64,000 nucleotides of DNA from Candidatus Nomurabacteria bacterium GW2011_GWB1_43_19 (GTDB lineage Bacteria; Patescibacteriota; Minisyncoccia; Phycocordibacterales; UBA9973). The position numbers and the translations under genes are program-made. Below, piece after piece: positions 17,915-27,492 of the stretch (positions within the stretch are counted from its first letter, which is position 1; the number at the start of each line of letters is the position of its first letter). A model generated the notes under the pieces. The model ran no database searches. It was not told where the DNA came from and was given only the letters and a program-made list of their open reading frames with translations. The DNA lies in NCBI GenBank assembly GCA_000999465.1, contig LCGB01000003.1, positions 4,252-68,251 of the forward strand, read 5' to 3'.

Positions 17915-18430
17915 ATGGAAACAAAAATAATAATAGCCGGGCCGGAACATTGGCAGGAATACAAGACAATCAGGTTGAAGGCGCTAAAGGCCGACCCGAT
18001 TGCCTTCGGTGTTACATATGAGCAGGATGTTTTGCTGTCCGAAGAAGAATGGAAGGAAAGATTGTTCAACCCGTTTAGCCAGACCTACCTTGCCATGGCG
18101 AACGACAAGCCGGTAGCTCTAGCCACCGTGCGGCGCGAGAAAGCAAAAAATGTTGAACACCTGGCCACAATCAATTCCGTGTTCACTGATCCGGAATTTC
18201 GCCAACATGGGATTAGCTCCAAGATCCTTAAGAATATTCTTGATGACCTGCATGCCAACGATAAGACGGTGAAAGTCCGGCTCAGCGTGAATGTAGCCCA
18301 GGAATCTGCCCGAAAAATGTATGAAAAGAGTGGATTTTTCAAAGTGGCGATCCTGCCAAAAGAAATGAAAGTAAACGAAAAATACTACGACCAAATAGAA
18401 ATGGCGTATATATTTAAAGACAAGCTATAA
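17915..18430 (+). CDS. GNAT family N-acetyltransferase
   Basis: Acetyl-CoA binding motif region FRQHGISSKILKNILDD, and the 171-aa size. Confidence 0.8.
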   Translation: METKIIIAGPEHWQEYKTIRLKALKADPIAFGVTYEQDVLLSEEEWKERLFNPFSQTYLAMANDKPVALATVRREKAKNVEHLATINSVFTDPEFRQHGISSKILKNILDDLHANDKTVKVRLSVNVAQESARKMYEKSGFFKVAILPKEMKVNEKYYDQIEMAYIFKDKL

Positions 18431-18671
18431 AAATTATATATTTTAATACGTATTGGCGGGTTTTTACCCGGTATGGTAAAATAAGGTATGGCTTTTTTGG
18501 AATACATTAAAACACCGGAAGGATTTTTAAGTTTAAGCGGAGTTGTTCTTTCGTTGGTTACTATTTTAACCAGAATATTTGTTGGATTTAAATCTGACAA
18601 ATAATTTTTATTAGAAGAGAATGGCCTTATTGGCGCTTTCTTATGGTTGATAAAATGGTATAATTATTGTA

Positions 18672-18908
18672 ATGAAACATAAATACAAAATTCGTTTAAT
18701 TGAATTTTTTATTGTGGGTGTTTTGTTCGGCATTATCGAAGACTTAATTGCTATTACCATGGCGACAGAAGGAGTGTTTGAATGGAGATATCTTAGCACC
18801 GCCGCTATTGTCGCTATTCCTTTCGCCTTCATAAGTGAAATCGTAGTTGACCATCCTAATTTTTGGAAATATTTTCTACCAAAACATTGGTTCGTTACAG
18901 ATGATTAA
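18672..18908 (+). CDS. Hypothetical small membrane protein
   Basis: Two predicted TM helices. TGGTATAAT extended -10 lies 7 nt upstream of the ATG. Confidence 0.4.
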   Translation: MKHKYKIRLIEFFIVGVLFGIIEDLIAITMATEGVFEWRYLSTAAIVAIPFAFISEIVVDHPNFWKYFLPKHWFVTDD

Positions 18909-18927
18909 AATTTAATATACTATAAAA

Positions 18928-19074
18928 ATGAGTGTAAATAAAACTTTAAATAAATTTTCCGGCTATGCCCCGGTGGTCCTCCGCGTGGGACTCTCTTTAG
19001 TGTTTTTGTGGTTCGGTTCGGAGCAAATATGGAAGCGATGCCTGGTGCCTGGACAGATTTTTAAGCAAAATTGA
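18928..19074 (+). pseudogene. DoxX-family membrane protein, N-terminal fragment (truncated)
   Basis: MSVNKTLNKFSGYAPVVLRVGLSLVFLWFGSEQIW resembles a DoxX N-terminus. It terminates after 48 aa and overlaps the guaB start. Confidence 0.35.
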
Positions 19075-19106
19075 CTGATATAATTTTTCCGTGTATATTT
19101 GAGTTA

Positions 19107-20585
19107 ATGAAAAGAAATACTTCAATACCTAAAAATTTAGGACAGGGGCTGACTTTTGACGATGTATTACTCGTGCCGAATTACAGCGAAGTCCTGCCAA
19201 AAAACGTAATAACCGAAACCCGCCTGACCAAGAATATAAATCTCCATATTCCGTTCATGTCGGCGGCCATGGACACGGTCACCGAAGCCAGGATGGCGAT
19301 AGCCATAGCGGAGCAGGGCGGCATCGGCATCATTCATAAAAATCTTTCCATCGCCGACCAGGCGCGCGAAGTGGAAAAAGTCAAAAGATACGAATCCGGC
19401 CGGATTACCAATCCGGTGACAGTTTCGGCCGACGCGACAGCCGGCGACGTGTTTGCTATCCAGAAAAAATATCATTTCGGCGGCTTTCCGGTTTTGGATA
19501 AAAACGGATTTTTGGTGGGCATCGTTACCAACCGGGACATGCGCTTCCAGAAAGACGCTTTCGCTCCGATAGCGAAAATAATGACGACCAAACTCATAAC
19601 CGGCGGACCGCACACCACGGTAGAGGAAGCGAATAATTTATTCAACAAGCACGGCATAGAAAAGCTTCCATTGGTGGACAAAAACAACAAGTTGGTCGGA
19701 ATGATTACTTACCGGGATATCGCCAAAAGCAAGGAATACCCGAATGCCACCAAGGACAAGCTGGGCCGGCTCCGGGTCGGAGCCGCCATCGGCACGGGAG
19801 CCGACGCGCTCATCCAGGTGGACGCGCTGGTTAAGAACGACGTTGACGTGGTATGCGTGGATACCGCCCACGGGCATTCCAAAGGGGTGCTGGATGTGGT
19901 GAAAAAAATCCGCCGGGCCTACCCGAAGCTTGATATTATCGCCGGAAACGTGGCCACCGAAGAAGCGGCCCTGGCTCTGATTAAAGCGGGGGCTAACGCC
20001 ATTAAGGTCGGTATCGGCCCGGGTTCAATCTGCACCACCCGCATCGTTTCGGGAGTCGGCGTGCCGCAACTTTCAGCCGTGTCCACGGTCTACCGGGCCT
20101 GTAAAAATTTGAATATTCCGGTCATCGCCGACGGAGGTATCAAGCATAGCGGCGACGTGGTCAAGGCGCTGGCTTTCGGGGCCGATGCGGTTATGTCCGG
20201 GTCAATGTTTGCCGGCACCGATGAGTCCCCCGGTGACACGATTATAATAAATGACCAGAAATTCAAAAAGTACCGCGGGATGGGTTCGCTCGGAGCCATG
20301 CAAAGGGGCTCTAAAGACCGTTATTTCCAGGAAGACCAACATGATTTAACCAAGCTCGTTCCAGAAGGAGTTTCTGGACATGTGACCTACAAAGGCGCGC
20401 TTTCGGAAATTATCCATCAACATATCGGAGGGCTCCGCGCCGGCATGGGCTATCTGGGAGCATCCAATATTTCAAAATTACGCAATGCTTCTTTTTATAC
20501 CATTACCGGAGCGGGCTTAAATGAAAGTCATGTGCATGACATTTTTATGGTCAGCCCCGCTCCGAATTACAAAAAACAACATTAA
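19107..20585 (+). CDS. guaB: IMP dehydrogenase
   Basis: [13 protein letters not shown] pair, catalytic [11 protein letters not shown] loop and GGLRAGMGY. The track ORF starts at 19071; Met 19107 is preferred. Confidence 0.9.
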   Translation: MKRNTSIPKNLGQGLTFDDVLLVPNYSEVLPKNVITETRLTKNINLHIPFMSAAMDTVTEARMAIAIAEQGGIGIIHKNLSIADQAREVEKVKRYESGRITNPVTVSADATAGDVFAIQKKYHFGGFPVLDKNGFLVGIVTNRDMRFQKDAFAPIAKIMTTKLITGGPHTTVEEANNLFNKHGIEKLPLVDKNNKLVGMITYRDIAKSKEYPNATKDKLGRLRVGAAIGTGADALIQVDALVKNDVDVVCVDTAHGHSKGVLDVVKKIRRAYPKLDIIAGNVATEEAALALIKAGANAIKVGIGPGSICTTRIVSGVGVPQLSAVSTVYRACKNLNIPVIADGGIKHSGDVVKALAFGADAVMSGSMFAGTDESPGDTIIINDQKFKKYRGMGSLGAMQRGSKDRYFQEDQHDLTKLVPEGVSGHVTYKGALSEIIHQHIGGLRAGMGYLGASNISKLRNASFYTITGAGLNESHVHDIFMVSPAPNYKKQH

Positions 20586-20589
20586 AAGG

Positions 20590-21453
20590 ATGCCTAACCC
20601 GGATAAAAACGCTAAAATTACCCCTCTTATCGGATTGCAATGGGGAGACGAAGGAAAGGGCAAGGGCGTGGCCCGCATCGCTTCCGGCTTAACGAAAAAT
20701 GATTTAATTGTCCGGTTCCAGGGAGGGAACAACGCCGGACACACCATCTGGCGGAGGGAAAAGGGCAAGGTGAAATGCTATGTTTTCCATCTTATTCCGT
20801 CCGGGGTCTTCGGCTCCGCCCAAATTCATCTGGGCGCCGGCATGGGCATTCCGCCGTCCCTAATCGGCTCCAGCATTGGAATTTTCAAGGCCTATGTGAC
20901 CAAAGTCGGCGAAGGGCCATTCCCGACCGAACTCGGAGGTGAACAATCCGCTCACTGGTGCCGGGACAAGAAATTTGCGGAAGAAAAAGCCAGATTTCCG
21001 AATCCCGACCCGAATAGTAAAAGCGAGTTTGAGCGGGGGATAGCGCTCCGCCGACTGGGAAGTGAAATCGGCGCGACAACCGGGCGCTTGCGCCGCACCG
21101 GCTGGCTGGACATCCCGCTCTTAAAATACGCCATCCGGATGAACGACGCGGACAAATTGGTGCTGACCAAGCTGGACATCCTGGATAATTTCAAGAAAAT
21201 AAAGGCGTGTACGCATTACCTTATCGGTAGTAAAAAAACTTCGGATATTCCTTTTGACCTGTCGCGAGAAAAAATAAAATGCGTTTATAAGTCCTTTCCT
21301 CTTTGGCAGGGGAAACTTTCCGACTACGGCCGTAAATTGCCGAAAGAGGCCCTGAACTACGTCAAATTTTTGGAAAAAGAACTGGGCGCCAAAATTATCT
21401 ATGTCGGCACCGGCCCGGAAGAACAGCACGTAGTGGAACGCTACTGGAGATAG
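20590..21453 (+). CDS. Adenylosuccinate synthetase-like protein, unusually short (288 aa)
   Basis: N-terminal GDEGKGK...GGNNAGHT and C-terminal GATTGRLRRTGWLD, LTKLDILD motifs of PurA are present. The central ~140 aa of canonical PurA are missing or diverged. Confidence 0.65.
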   Translation: MPNPDKNAKITPLIGLQWGDEGKGKGVARIASGLTKNDLIVRFQGGNNAGHTIWRREKGKVKCYVFHLIPSGVFGSAQIHLGAGMGIPPSLIGSSIGIFKAYVTKVGEGPFPTELGGEQSAHWCRDKKFAEEKARFPNPDPNSKSEFERGIALRRLGSEIGATTGRLRRTGWLDIPLLKYAIRMNDADKLVLTKLDILDNFKKIKACTHYLIGSKKTSDIPFDLSREKIKCVYKSFPLWQGKLSDYGRKLPKEALNYVKFLEKELGAKIIYVGTGPEEQHVVERYWR

Positions 21454-21968
21454 GGTTCTAAATTTTGTCCCGTATAAAGAATTGTTTTTAAGTTGGGAAA
21501 TTTTTTAAAATCCAGATCTGCGAAACGATCAGCCCTATCATCAATAAAAATCACTTCCTCGCCCTTATGTTTGGCGCATACTCTTTCTACGGCTTCTTTC
21601 TTGCTTCCTTGTATCACAATAATTTCGGAAAACAAGGGGGTTATCCCTGTTTTTTTTATTTTATCCAACTGATATTCTTTCTCTCCATGGGTTATCATGT
21701 AACAATTTTCCTTTCTTATTTTTTTTATTATTTCCAGCAACTCCGTATTTAAAAAATCGGGGCATTTGGACATAATTTTTTCATATATATGTTCTTTGCC
21801 AAAATGAGTCAAAAAATTTCTCAAGGAAAATTCATGGCGCACTTTTTTATAATACTCTACCGCGACATGAGAGGGCACCCCGGCATCTTCCAAGCATTCA
21901 TACATGTATTTCTTGAACTGTTCCGTGTTGTTAAACAAAACATCGTCAAAATCAAATATGTATTTCAT
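21441..21968 (-). CDS. HAD superfamily hydrolase
   Basis: DFDDVLF (DxD motif I) at the N-terminus and a C-terminal IFIDDR motif IV. Confidence 0.7.
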   Translation of the reverse strand: MKYIFDFDDVLFNNTEQFKKYMYECLEDAGVPSHVAVEYYKKVRHEFSLRNFLTHFGKEHIYEKIMSKCPDFLNTELLEIIKKIRKENCYMITHGEKEYQLDKIKKTGITPLFSEIIVIQGSKKEAVERVCAKHKGEEVIFIDDRADRFADLDFKKFPNLKTILYTGQNLEPYLQ

Positions 21969-22915
21969 GTTATTATTTTTGCGATAACTTTCGCTAATTT
22001 AAGCGAATCATGACGAATAAGGCTCCGCTTGACGCTGTCGTTATTATTCTGGGTGGAAATTTTATTTGACAGCAAATCCTCCCGGATTACCCGCGGACTA
22101 CCATATTCGTTTTTGATAAACACTTCCTCTCCGGCGTCCTTAAGATACCTCTCTTTCTGCTCTCCTGAAAACTCTCCCTTGTTTATTAAAATAAAATCCG
22201 CCTTCCTGCCTAAATATTTTTCAACAGTACTGATATATCTTTCTGTATTCCAGCCCATCGTATGTCCTTGTTTATTCACGAGATTTACCAGAAAAATTAT
22301 CTTCGCCTTGCTTGCTTGGATGGTTTCCTGGAAATTTTCGGCAATTAAATTAGGAATAATGGAACAATAAATATTGCCGGGGCCGATGATTATATAGTCG
22401 GCGGCTAAAATTGCGTCTCTCCCTAAGGGATTCAGTATGGTGTTTCTTTCATAAAAAATTCTTTCCAAGTTGTCTCCGCCATTTTCCGTTTGCAGGTCCG
22501 CCGTATCTATTTTGCTTTCTCCGGTAATTACTTCGCCGCCTTTGAGTTCCGCGCATAAAACAGCTGCGTCTTTTGTTATCGGTATGATTTTTCCCTTGGC
22601 ATTAAATACAAAAGAGAGGATTTTAAGGCCTCGGCTGAAGTCCCCGGTAATTTTTTCCATCACCGCCAAAAGAATATTGCCCAATTTGTGCCTTCCGACT
22701 CTCCGGTTGAGAAATTCTTTTCCGGAGAGGGCGACCAGGCATTGTCTGACGTCTCCCGGCGGCATAACACCCCATTTTCTCCGGAGAACTCCGGTTGACC
22801 CTCCGTCATCCGCCATAGAGACAAGAGCCGTCAAAAAAACATCCGGAAACGTTTTAAGCCCGGAGAGTACGGTATAGCTGCCTGTTCCGCCGCCCACCGT
22901 TACAATGTGTTTCAT
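21965..22915 (-). CDS. YvcK/CofD-family gluconeogenesis factor (UPF0052)
   Basis: VTVGGGTGSYTVLSGLK...DDGGSTGVLR signature. Confidence 0.8.
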   Translation of the reverse strand: MKHIVTVGGGTGSYTVLSGLKTFPDVFLTALVSMADDGGSTGVLRRKWGVMPPGDVRQCLVALSGKEFLNRRVGRHKLGNILLAVMEKITGDFSRGLKILSFVFNAKGKIIPITKDAAVLCAELKGGEVITGESKIDTADLQTENGGDNLERIFYERNTILNPLGRDAILAADYIIIGPGNIYCSIIPNLIAENFQETIQASKAKIIFLVNLVNKQGHTMGWNTERYISTVEKYLGRKADFILINKGEFSGEQKERYLKDAGEEVFIKNEYGSPRVIREDLLSNKISTQNNNDSVKRSLIRHDSLKLAKVIAKIIT

Positions 22916-22979
22916 AAAAGTGATTCTAGCAAATAAAGCGCCATTTGTCTTTAACTCCTTTATATTATATATTTACTAT

Positions 22980-25900
22980 ATGATTTCAAGGATATATGTG
23001 ACGCCCAAAGGCAAGGCAGATTTCATCAATTCCTACCTGATTGCGCACAAATTCTCAAAAGAGCGGATAGAAAAAATCGCCCAAGCTCTGACGAATCCCG
23101 TCCTTGAAAACTACTCCATAAACGAGTTCCCGAAAACAGAAAAGTTTTCGTATGCTATTGAGATCGGATTTAAGCCGGGGGTCACGGACAACGCCGGGCA
23201 TACGGCGGAAGAAACAATTTACGATTTATTTCATATTCCGTCGGGTGTTGGACACCGGGATTTCGGGTGTCCAACACCCGACGGAACTCTGGCGGTGTAC
23301 ACTTCCAAAATATTTTTAATACACGAAGCGGACCGCAAAGAGGCGGAACAAATCGCCCTTTCACTTCACAATCCGCTAATTGAACGCTCTTACATCGTCA
23401 GTCGGAAAGATTTGCAGAAAAATAAAAATTTGTTTTTAGAAGCGCCGCGGGTCATCTTGGAAAAACGCGTTCCGGTAATTAACATTTCGCTTGATGTGCT
23501 CGATGACGAACTCGTTAAAATCGGCCAGGAGGGGATAAGGGACGAGAAAGGCGACCGGCGGGGACCTTTGGCGCTGGACCTTGCGTCCATGAAAGCAATT
23601 CAGGAACATTTCCGGAAATTAAAAAGAAATCCGACGGATATTGAACTGGAGTCCTTGGCCCAAACCTGGTCCGAGCATTGCAAACACACCATTTTTGCCA
23701 ATCCGATAGACGACATACATGACGGTTTGTATAAAACTTACATCAAAGGAGCCACTAATTTAATTAGGAAAAATAAGGGCCGCCGCCTGGGCGGGGCAAG
23801 TAAAAACGACTTCTGCGTATCGGTATTTTCCGACAATTCCGGCGGCATAGTTTTTGACAAGAATTATCTCATAACCCACAAAGTGGAAACGCACAATAGC
23901 CCGTCCGCCCTGGACCCCTTCGGCGGGGCCATTACCGGTATCGTCGGAGTCAACCGCGACACCATTGGCTTCGGTCTGGGCGCCAAGCCGGTGGCGAATG
24001 TTTACGGCTTTTGTTTTGGCTATCCAGAGGACGAGCAAAAATTTTTTAAAGACAAAAACATGACACAATTAATGCTTCCGCCGAAAAGAATTATGAAAGG
24101 TGTAATTAAGGGAATCAATGTCGGGGGAAATTGTTCCGGCATTCCGACTCTTTCCGGTTTTTTGAAATTTGACGATAGATACCGCGCCAAGCCTTTGGTT
24201 TTCGCCGGCACCGTCGGAATTATCCCAAGGAAAATTAACGGTAAATTCTTACACACCAAAGAGGCAAAGGCGGGTGACTATATAGTAATGGTCGGAGGCA
24301 GAGTGGGTTTGGACGGTATCCACGGAGCGACTTTTTCTTCGGTAGCGATGGATGCGAATTCCCCGGCCACCGCAGTGCAAATCGGCGACCCGATAACCCA
24401 GAAAAAATTAAGCGACGCGATTGTCAAAGAAGCGCGAGACATGGGCTTATACAACAGCATCACCGACAACGGCGCCGGCGGGCTTTCCTGTTCGGTGGCG
24501 GAAATGGCCAAGGAGTGCGGCGGAGCGAAGGTGGCATTGGAAAAAGTTCCGTTAAAATATCCGGGGTTGTGCCCCTGGGAAATATGGATTTCCGAATCAC
24601 AAGAGCGCATGACTCTCTCTGTGCCAAAAAGTAAATGGAAAAAATTTGAAAATCTTATGGAAAGCCGAGGAGTGGAAGCGACGGTTATTGGCGAATTTAC
24701 CAAGGCGGAAAAATGCGTAGTCAAATACAAAGGAAAAAAAATAATGGATATTCCGATGGATTTCCTGCATAACGGACTGCCTAAGCATCATTTATACACC
24801 TCACCCCCAGCCTCTCTCCTTGAACCCCCTTACTCCCCCTTATCAGGGGGAAACCATTTGCCTCCCCTGATAAGGGGAGGTCGGGAGGGGTTGGAGGGGA
24901 TGGCCGAAAGGCCGGGTGAGATCTACACTAAAGATTTAGAGAATCTGCTTGGCAATAAAAATATCAGCGGATTTTCTTTTGTTTCGGAACAATACGACCA
25001 TGAAGTCCAAGCATCTTCCGTATTAAAGCCCCTCTCCGGAGCAGGGCGCATCAACACCGACGCGCAGATTTTCCGCCCGGTTTTGGACTCGCCCAAGGGA
25101 GTTGTGCTGACTTCCAGCGCTTATCCGTCATATGGAGACATCAGCGCTTACAATATGGCCGCCTGCGCGATTGATACGGCGGTCAGGAACATAATTTCGG
25201 CCGGCGGAACACTCTCGCACCTGGCCATCTTGGACAACTTTTGCTGGTGCTCATCCAATGACCCGAAACGCCTTGGCCAACTTGTAGGCGCGGTCAAGGC
25301 CTGTTATGACTGCGCGGTGGGATATGGAACTCCCTTTATCTCCGGCAAGGACAGCATGTTCAACGATTTCAAAGGATATGATGAAAGGGGAAACCCGGTG
25401 GATATTTCCATTCCGCCGACATTGCTAATTTCCGCTATCAGCGTAATGCCGGATTTGTATAAGGCCGTTTCGCCTGAATTCAAAAAAACCGGAGACATTA
25501 TTTACTTGCTGGGAGAAACGAACGACGAGATGGGAGGAGGGGAGTATTTAAAGTCGTTGGGCTTCGTAGGCAATAACACCCCGAAAGTTGATGTGAAAAA
25601 AAATATGAGAACTTATCTAGCGCTGGAGAAAGCGATTCAAGAAGGATTAGTATCGTCTTCGCTTTCGGTAACTTCTGGCGGGCTGGGCATCGCCCTGGCC
25701 AAAGCCGCTGTTGGGGGGATGATGGGGTGCAATATTTCTCTAAGCCCCATAGGCAAGACCTATGGGGTAGATGTAAAGCTTTTCTCCGAAAGCCAGGGCA
25801 GAATTCTTGTTTCGGTGCCGTCTAAAAATGTTTCCGCTTTTGAAAAAATAATCAAAAATATCTCTTTCGCTAAGTTGGGCAGAGTTGTCGGAGGCGGAAA

Positions 25901-25994
25901 GGTAGTTATTATGGACAAAAGCAAGATAGTTGAGACCAATGTGAAAAAATTACACAAAATTTATCATAAATTTTCAAATGAAAACCGAAACTAA
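22980..25994 (+). CDS. purL: Phosphoribosylformylglycinamidine synthase, PurS-PurL fusion with in-frame Pro/Gly-rich insertion
   Basis: N-terminal PurS-like region (RIYVTPKGKADF...KPGVTDNAGHT), then PurL AIRS domains (VETHNSPSALDPFGGAITG, GKDSM). Residues ~606-640 are encoded by a GC-rich palindromic element. Confidence 0.85.
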   Translation: MISRIYVTPKGKADFINSYLIAHKFSKERIEKIAQALTNPVLENYSINEFPKTEKFSYAIEIGFKPGVTDNAGHTAEETIYDLFHIPSGVGHRDFGCPTPDGTLAVYTSKIFLIHEADRKEAEQIALSLHNPLIERSYIVSRKDLQKNKNLFLEAPRVILEKRVPVINISLDVLDDELVKIGQEGIRDEKGDRRGPLALDLASMKAIQEHFRKLKRNPTDIELESLAQTWSEHCKHTIFANPIDDIHDGLYKTYIKGATNLIRKNKGRRLGGASKNDFCVSVFSDNSGGIVFDKNYLITHKVETHNSPSALDPFGGAITGIVGVNRDTIGFGLGAKPVANVYGFCFGYPEDEQKFFKDKNMTQLMLPPKRIMKGVIKGINVGGNCSGIPTLSGFLKFDDRYRAKPLVFAGTVGIIPRKINGKFLHTKEAKAGDYIVMVGGRVGLDGIHGATFSSVAMDANSPATAVQIGDPITQKKLSDAIVKEARDMGLYNSITDNGAGGLSCSVAEMAKECGGAKVALEKVPLKYPGLCPWEIWISESQERMTLSVPKSKWKKFENLMESRGVEATVIGEFTKAEKCVVKYKGKKIMDIPMDFLHNGLPKHHLYTSPPASLLEPPYSPLSGGNHLPPLIRGGREGLEGMAERPGEIYTKDLENLLGNKNISGFSFVSEQYDHEVQASSVLKPLSGAGRINTDAQIFRPVLDSPKGVVLTSSAYPSYGDISAYNMAACAIDTAVRNIISAGGTLSHLAILDNFCWCSSNDPKRLGQLVGAVKACYDCAVGYGTPFISGKDSMFNDFKGYDERGNPVDISIPPTLLISAISVMPDLYKAVSPEFKKTGDIIYLLGETNDEMGGGEYLKSLGFVGNNTPKVDVKKNMRTYLALEKAIQEGLVSSSLSVTSGGLGIALAKAAVGGMMGCNISLSPIGKTYGVDVKLFSESQGRILVSVPSKNVSAFEKIIKNISFAKLGRVVGGGKVVIMDKSKIVETNVKKLHKIYHKFSNENRN
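24796..24900. repeat. GC-rich nested palindromic element inserted in frame in purL
   Basis: Core CCCCCTTATCAGGGGG...CCCCTGATAAGGGG, flanked by CCTCTCTCC.../...GGAGGTCGGGAGGGG. About 65% GC. Encodes TSPPASLLEPPYSPLSGGNHLPPLIRGGREGLEG within PurL. Confidence 0.7.
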
Positions 25995-26625
25995 ACAATG
26001 CCAAAACTGTCCCGATTTCTTAAATTTCAAGCAACAACTTCGCGGCTGCTATGGACTTCGTAAAAAGTCTTACTGCATTTTGAATAAACAATACAGTAAG
26101 GAAACATATGAGAATTTGAAAGAAAAAATAATTGAAAGGATGAGAGCTGGCAGAGAATGGGGACAATTCTTCCCCAAAAGCATGAGTCCTTTCGCTTACA
26201 ACGAAGCAATTGCGAATGAATATATGCCGCTTTCTAAAGAGAAAGCTGCTGTTCAGGGTTTTCGCTGGCAAGACGATATACCGAGCACCAAAGGGCAGGG
26301 AACTATGGATAATTCAAAATTACCCGAAAATCCTAATGAATATAATGATAATTTAACACAGGAGATATTAACTTGTGAAAAATGCGAAAAAAACTATAAA
26401 CTCATAAAAAGAGAGATTGGTTTTTACAAGAAGAATAAATTACTTCCTCCCCGTCAATGTTTCAATTGCCGGCACGCCCTGCGGATGAGCAAGCGCAATT
26501 CCAGAAATCTTTGGGAGGGTGTTTGCGCTAAATGTGGTAATGTAATACTTACCTCTTACAAACCTGAAGATCAAAAGATTTATAAACTTTACTGCGAAAA
26601 ATGTTATCAGCAAGAAGTATATTAA
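25978..26625 (+). CDS. Cysteine-rich multi-zinc-ribbon protein, short paralog (family member D)
   Basis: It shares CILNKQY[ST]KE.Y, SPFAYNE, the C-terminal zinc-ribbon module (CEKC..Y..I..E..FYKK...P.RQCFNCR) and the terminal YCEKCYQQEVY with the 34811, 50052 and 51402 ORFs. Confidence 0.6.
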   Translation: MKTETKQCQNCPDFLNFKQQLRGCYGLRKKSYCILNKQYSKETYENLKEKIIERMRAGREWGQFFPKSMSPFAYNEAIANEYMPLSKEKAAVQGFRWQDDIPSTKGQGTMDNSKLPENPNEYNDNLTQEILTCEKCEKNYKLIKREIGFYKKNKLLPPRQCFNCRHALRMSKRNSRNLWEGVCAKCGNVILTSYKPEDQKIYKLYCEKCYQQEVY

Positions 26626-26670
26626 TTATCTATACTTAAAACTTAGCCATGGCATAAATTTGAGTATATT

Positions 26671-27492
26671 ATGAAAAAAAAGAAAAAATTAAAATTAAAA
26701 AAACCAAGAGTGATAATAATGTCCGGTTACGGGCTTAACTGCGAAGAGGAAACAAAATTCGCTTTTGAGAAAGCGGGAGCAAAAGAAAAGGTCAGCGCGG
26801 ACATCGTGCACATTAACGACCTGATAAAGAAGCCAAAAATGCTCTCGGAATACCAGATACTCGCTTTCCCGGGAGGATTTTCCTATGGTGACGATACGGG
26901 AAGCGGAAAGGCCTATGCTAATAAATTCAAGAATCATTTGTTAAAAGAACTGAAAGAATTTTTGTCCAGGGACACCCTAGCGATTGGCATTTGCAACGGA
27001 TTCCAAATTATGACGAATCTAGGTATTCTGCCGGGAGCTCTTTCCCAAAATAAGGGCGGAAAATATCTGGACAGATGGGTAGACCTGAAAGTTACGGGTC
27101 GGAGCCCTTGGCTCTCGGGCATTAAAAAAATCTCGGTTCCAATAGCCCACGGGGAGGGGTGCTATGTAATAAGAAAAAAGGAATATAAAAAAATGTCCGC
27201 CAAAGGCGGATCCGCCTCTGGCGGAAAAAACAATGGAGAAATTGCCCTCACTTACACCAAGGGAGATATTTGCCGTTTTCAAAATCTTGAAAAAAACCCG
27301 AACGGGTCGGCTTATGACATTGCCGGCGTGAACGCCTATAACGGCAGAGTCCTGGGGCTGATGCCCCATCCGGAACGGGCAATGTTTGTTTATCAAAGCC
27401 CTTTGTGGTATAAAAATAAAAAGGGCGATAAATCGGAAATGGGTCCCAGTTTGCGGATTTTTAAAAACGCAATCAAATACTTTATTAAATGA
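26671..27492 (+). CDS. purQ: Phosphoribosylformylglycinamidine synthase glutaminase subunit
   Basis: Class I GATase: FPGGFSYGDD, GICNGFQ and the HPE catalytic triad region. Confidence 0.85.
   Translation: MKKKKKLKLKKPRVIIMSGYGLNCEEETKFAFEKAGAKEKVSADIVHINDLIKKPKMLSEYQILAFPGGFSYGDDTGSGKAYANKFKNHLLKELKEFLSRDTLAIGICNGFQIMTNLGILPGALSQNKGGKYLDRWVDLKVTGRSPWLSGIKKISVPIAHGEGCYVIRKKEYKKMSAKGGSASGGKNNGEIALTYTKGDICRFQNLEKNPNGSAYDIAGVNAYNGRVLGLMPHPERAMFVYQSPLWYKNKKGDKSEMGPSLRIFKNAIKYFIK

Noticed and set aside
16521-19075. Direct repeat of the tRNA-Gln 3' end marking an island integration boundary
   Set aside because: I could not find a second copy of the TTCGAATCCAAATCTCCCAG segment downstream. Mobility of the islet therefore remains unproven.
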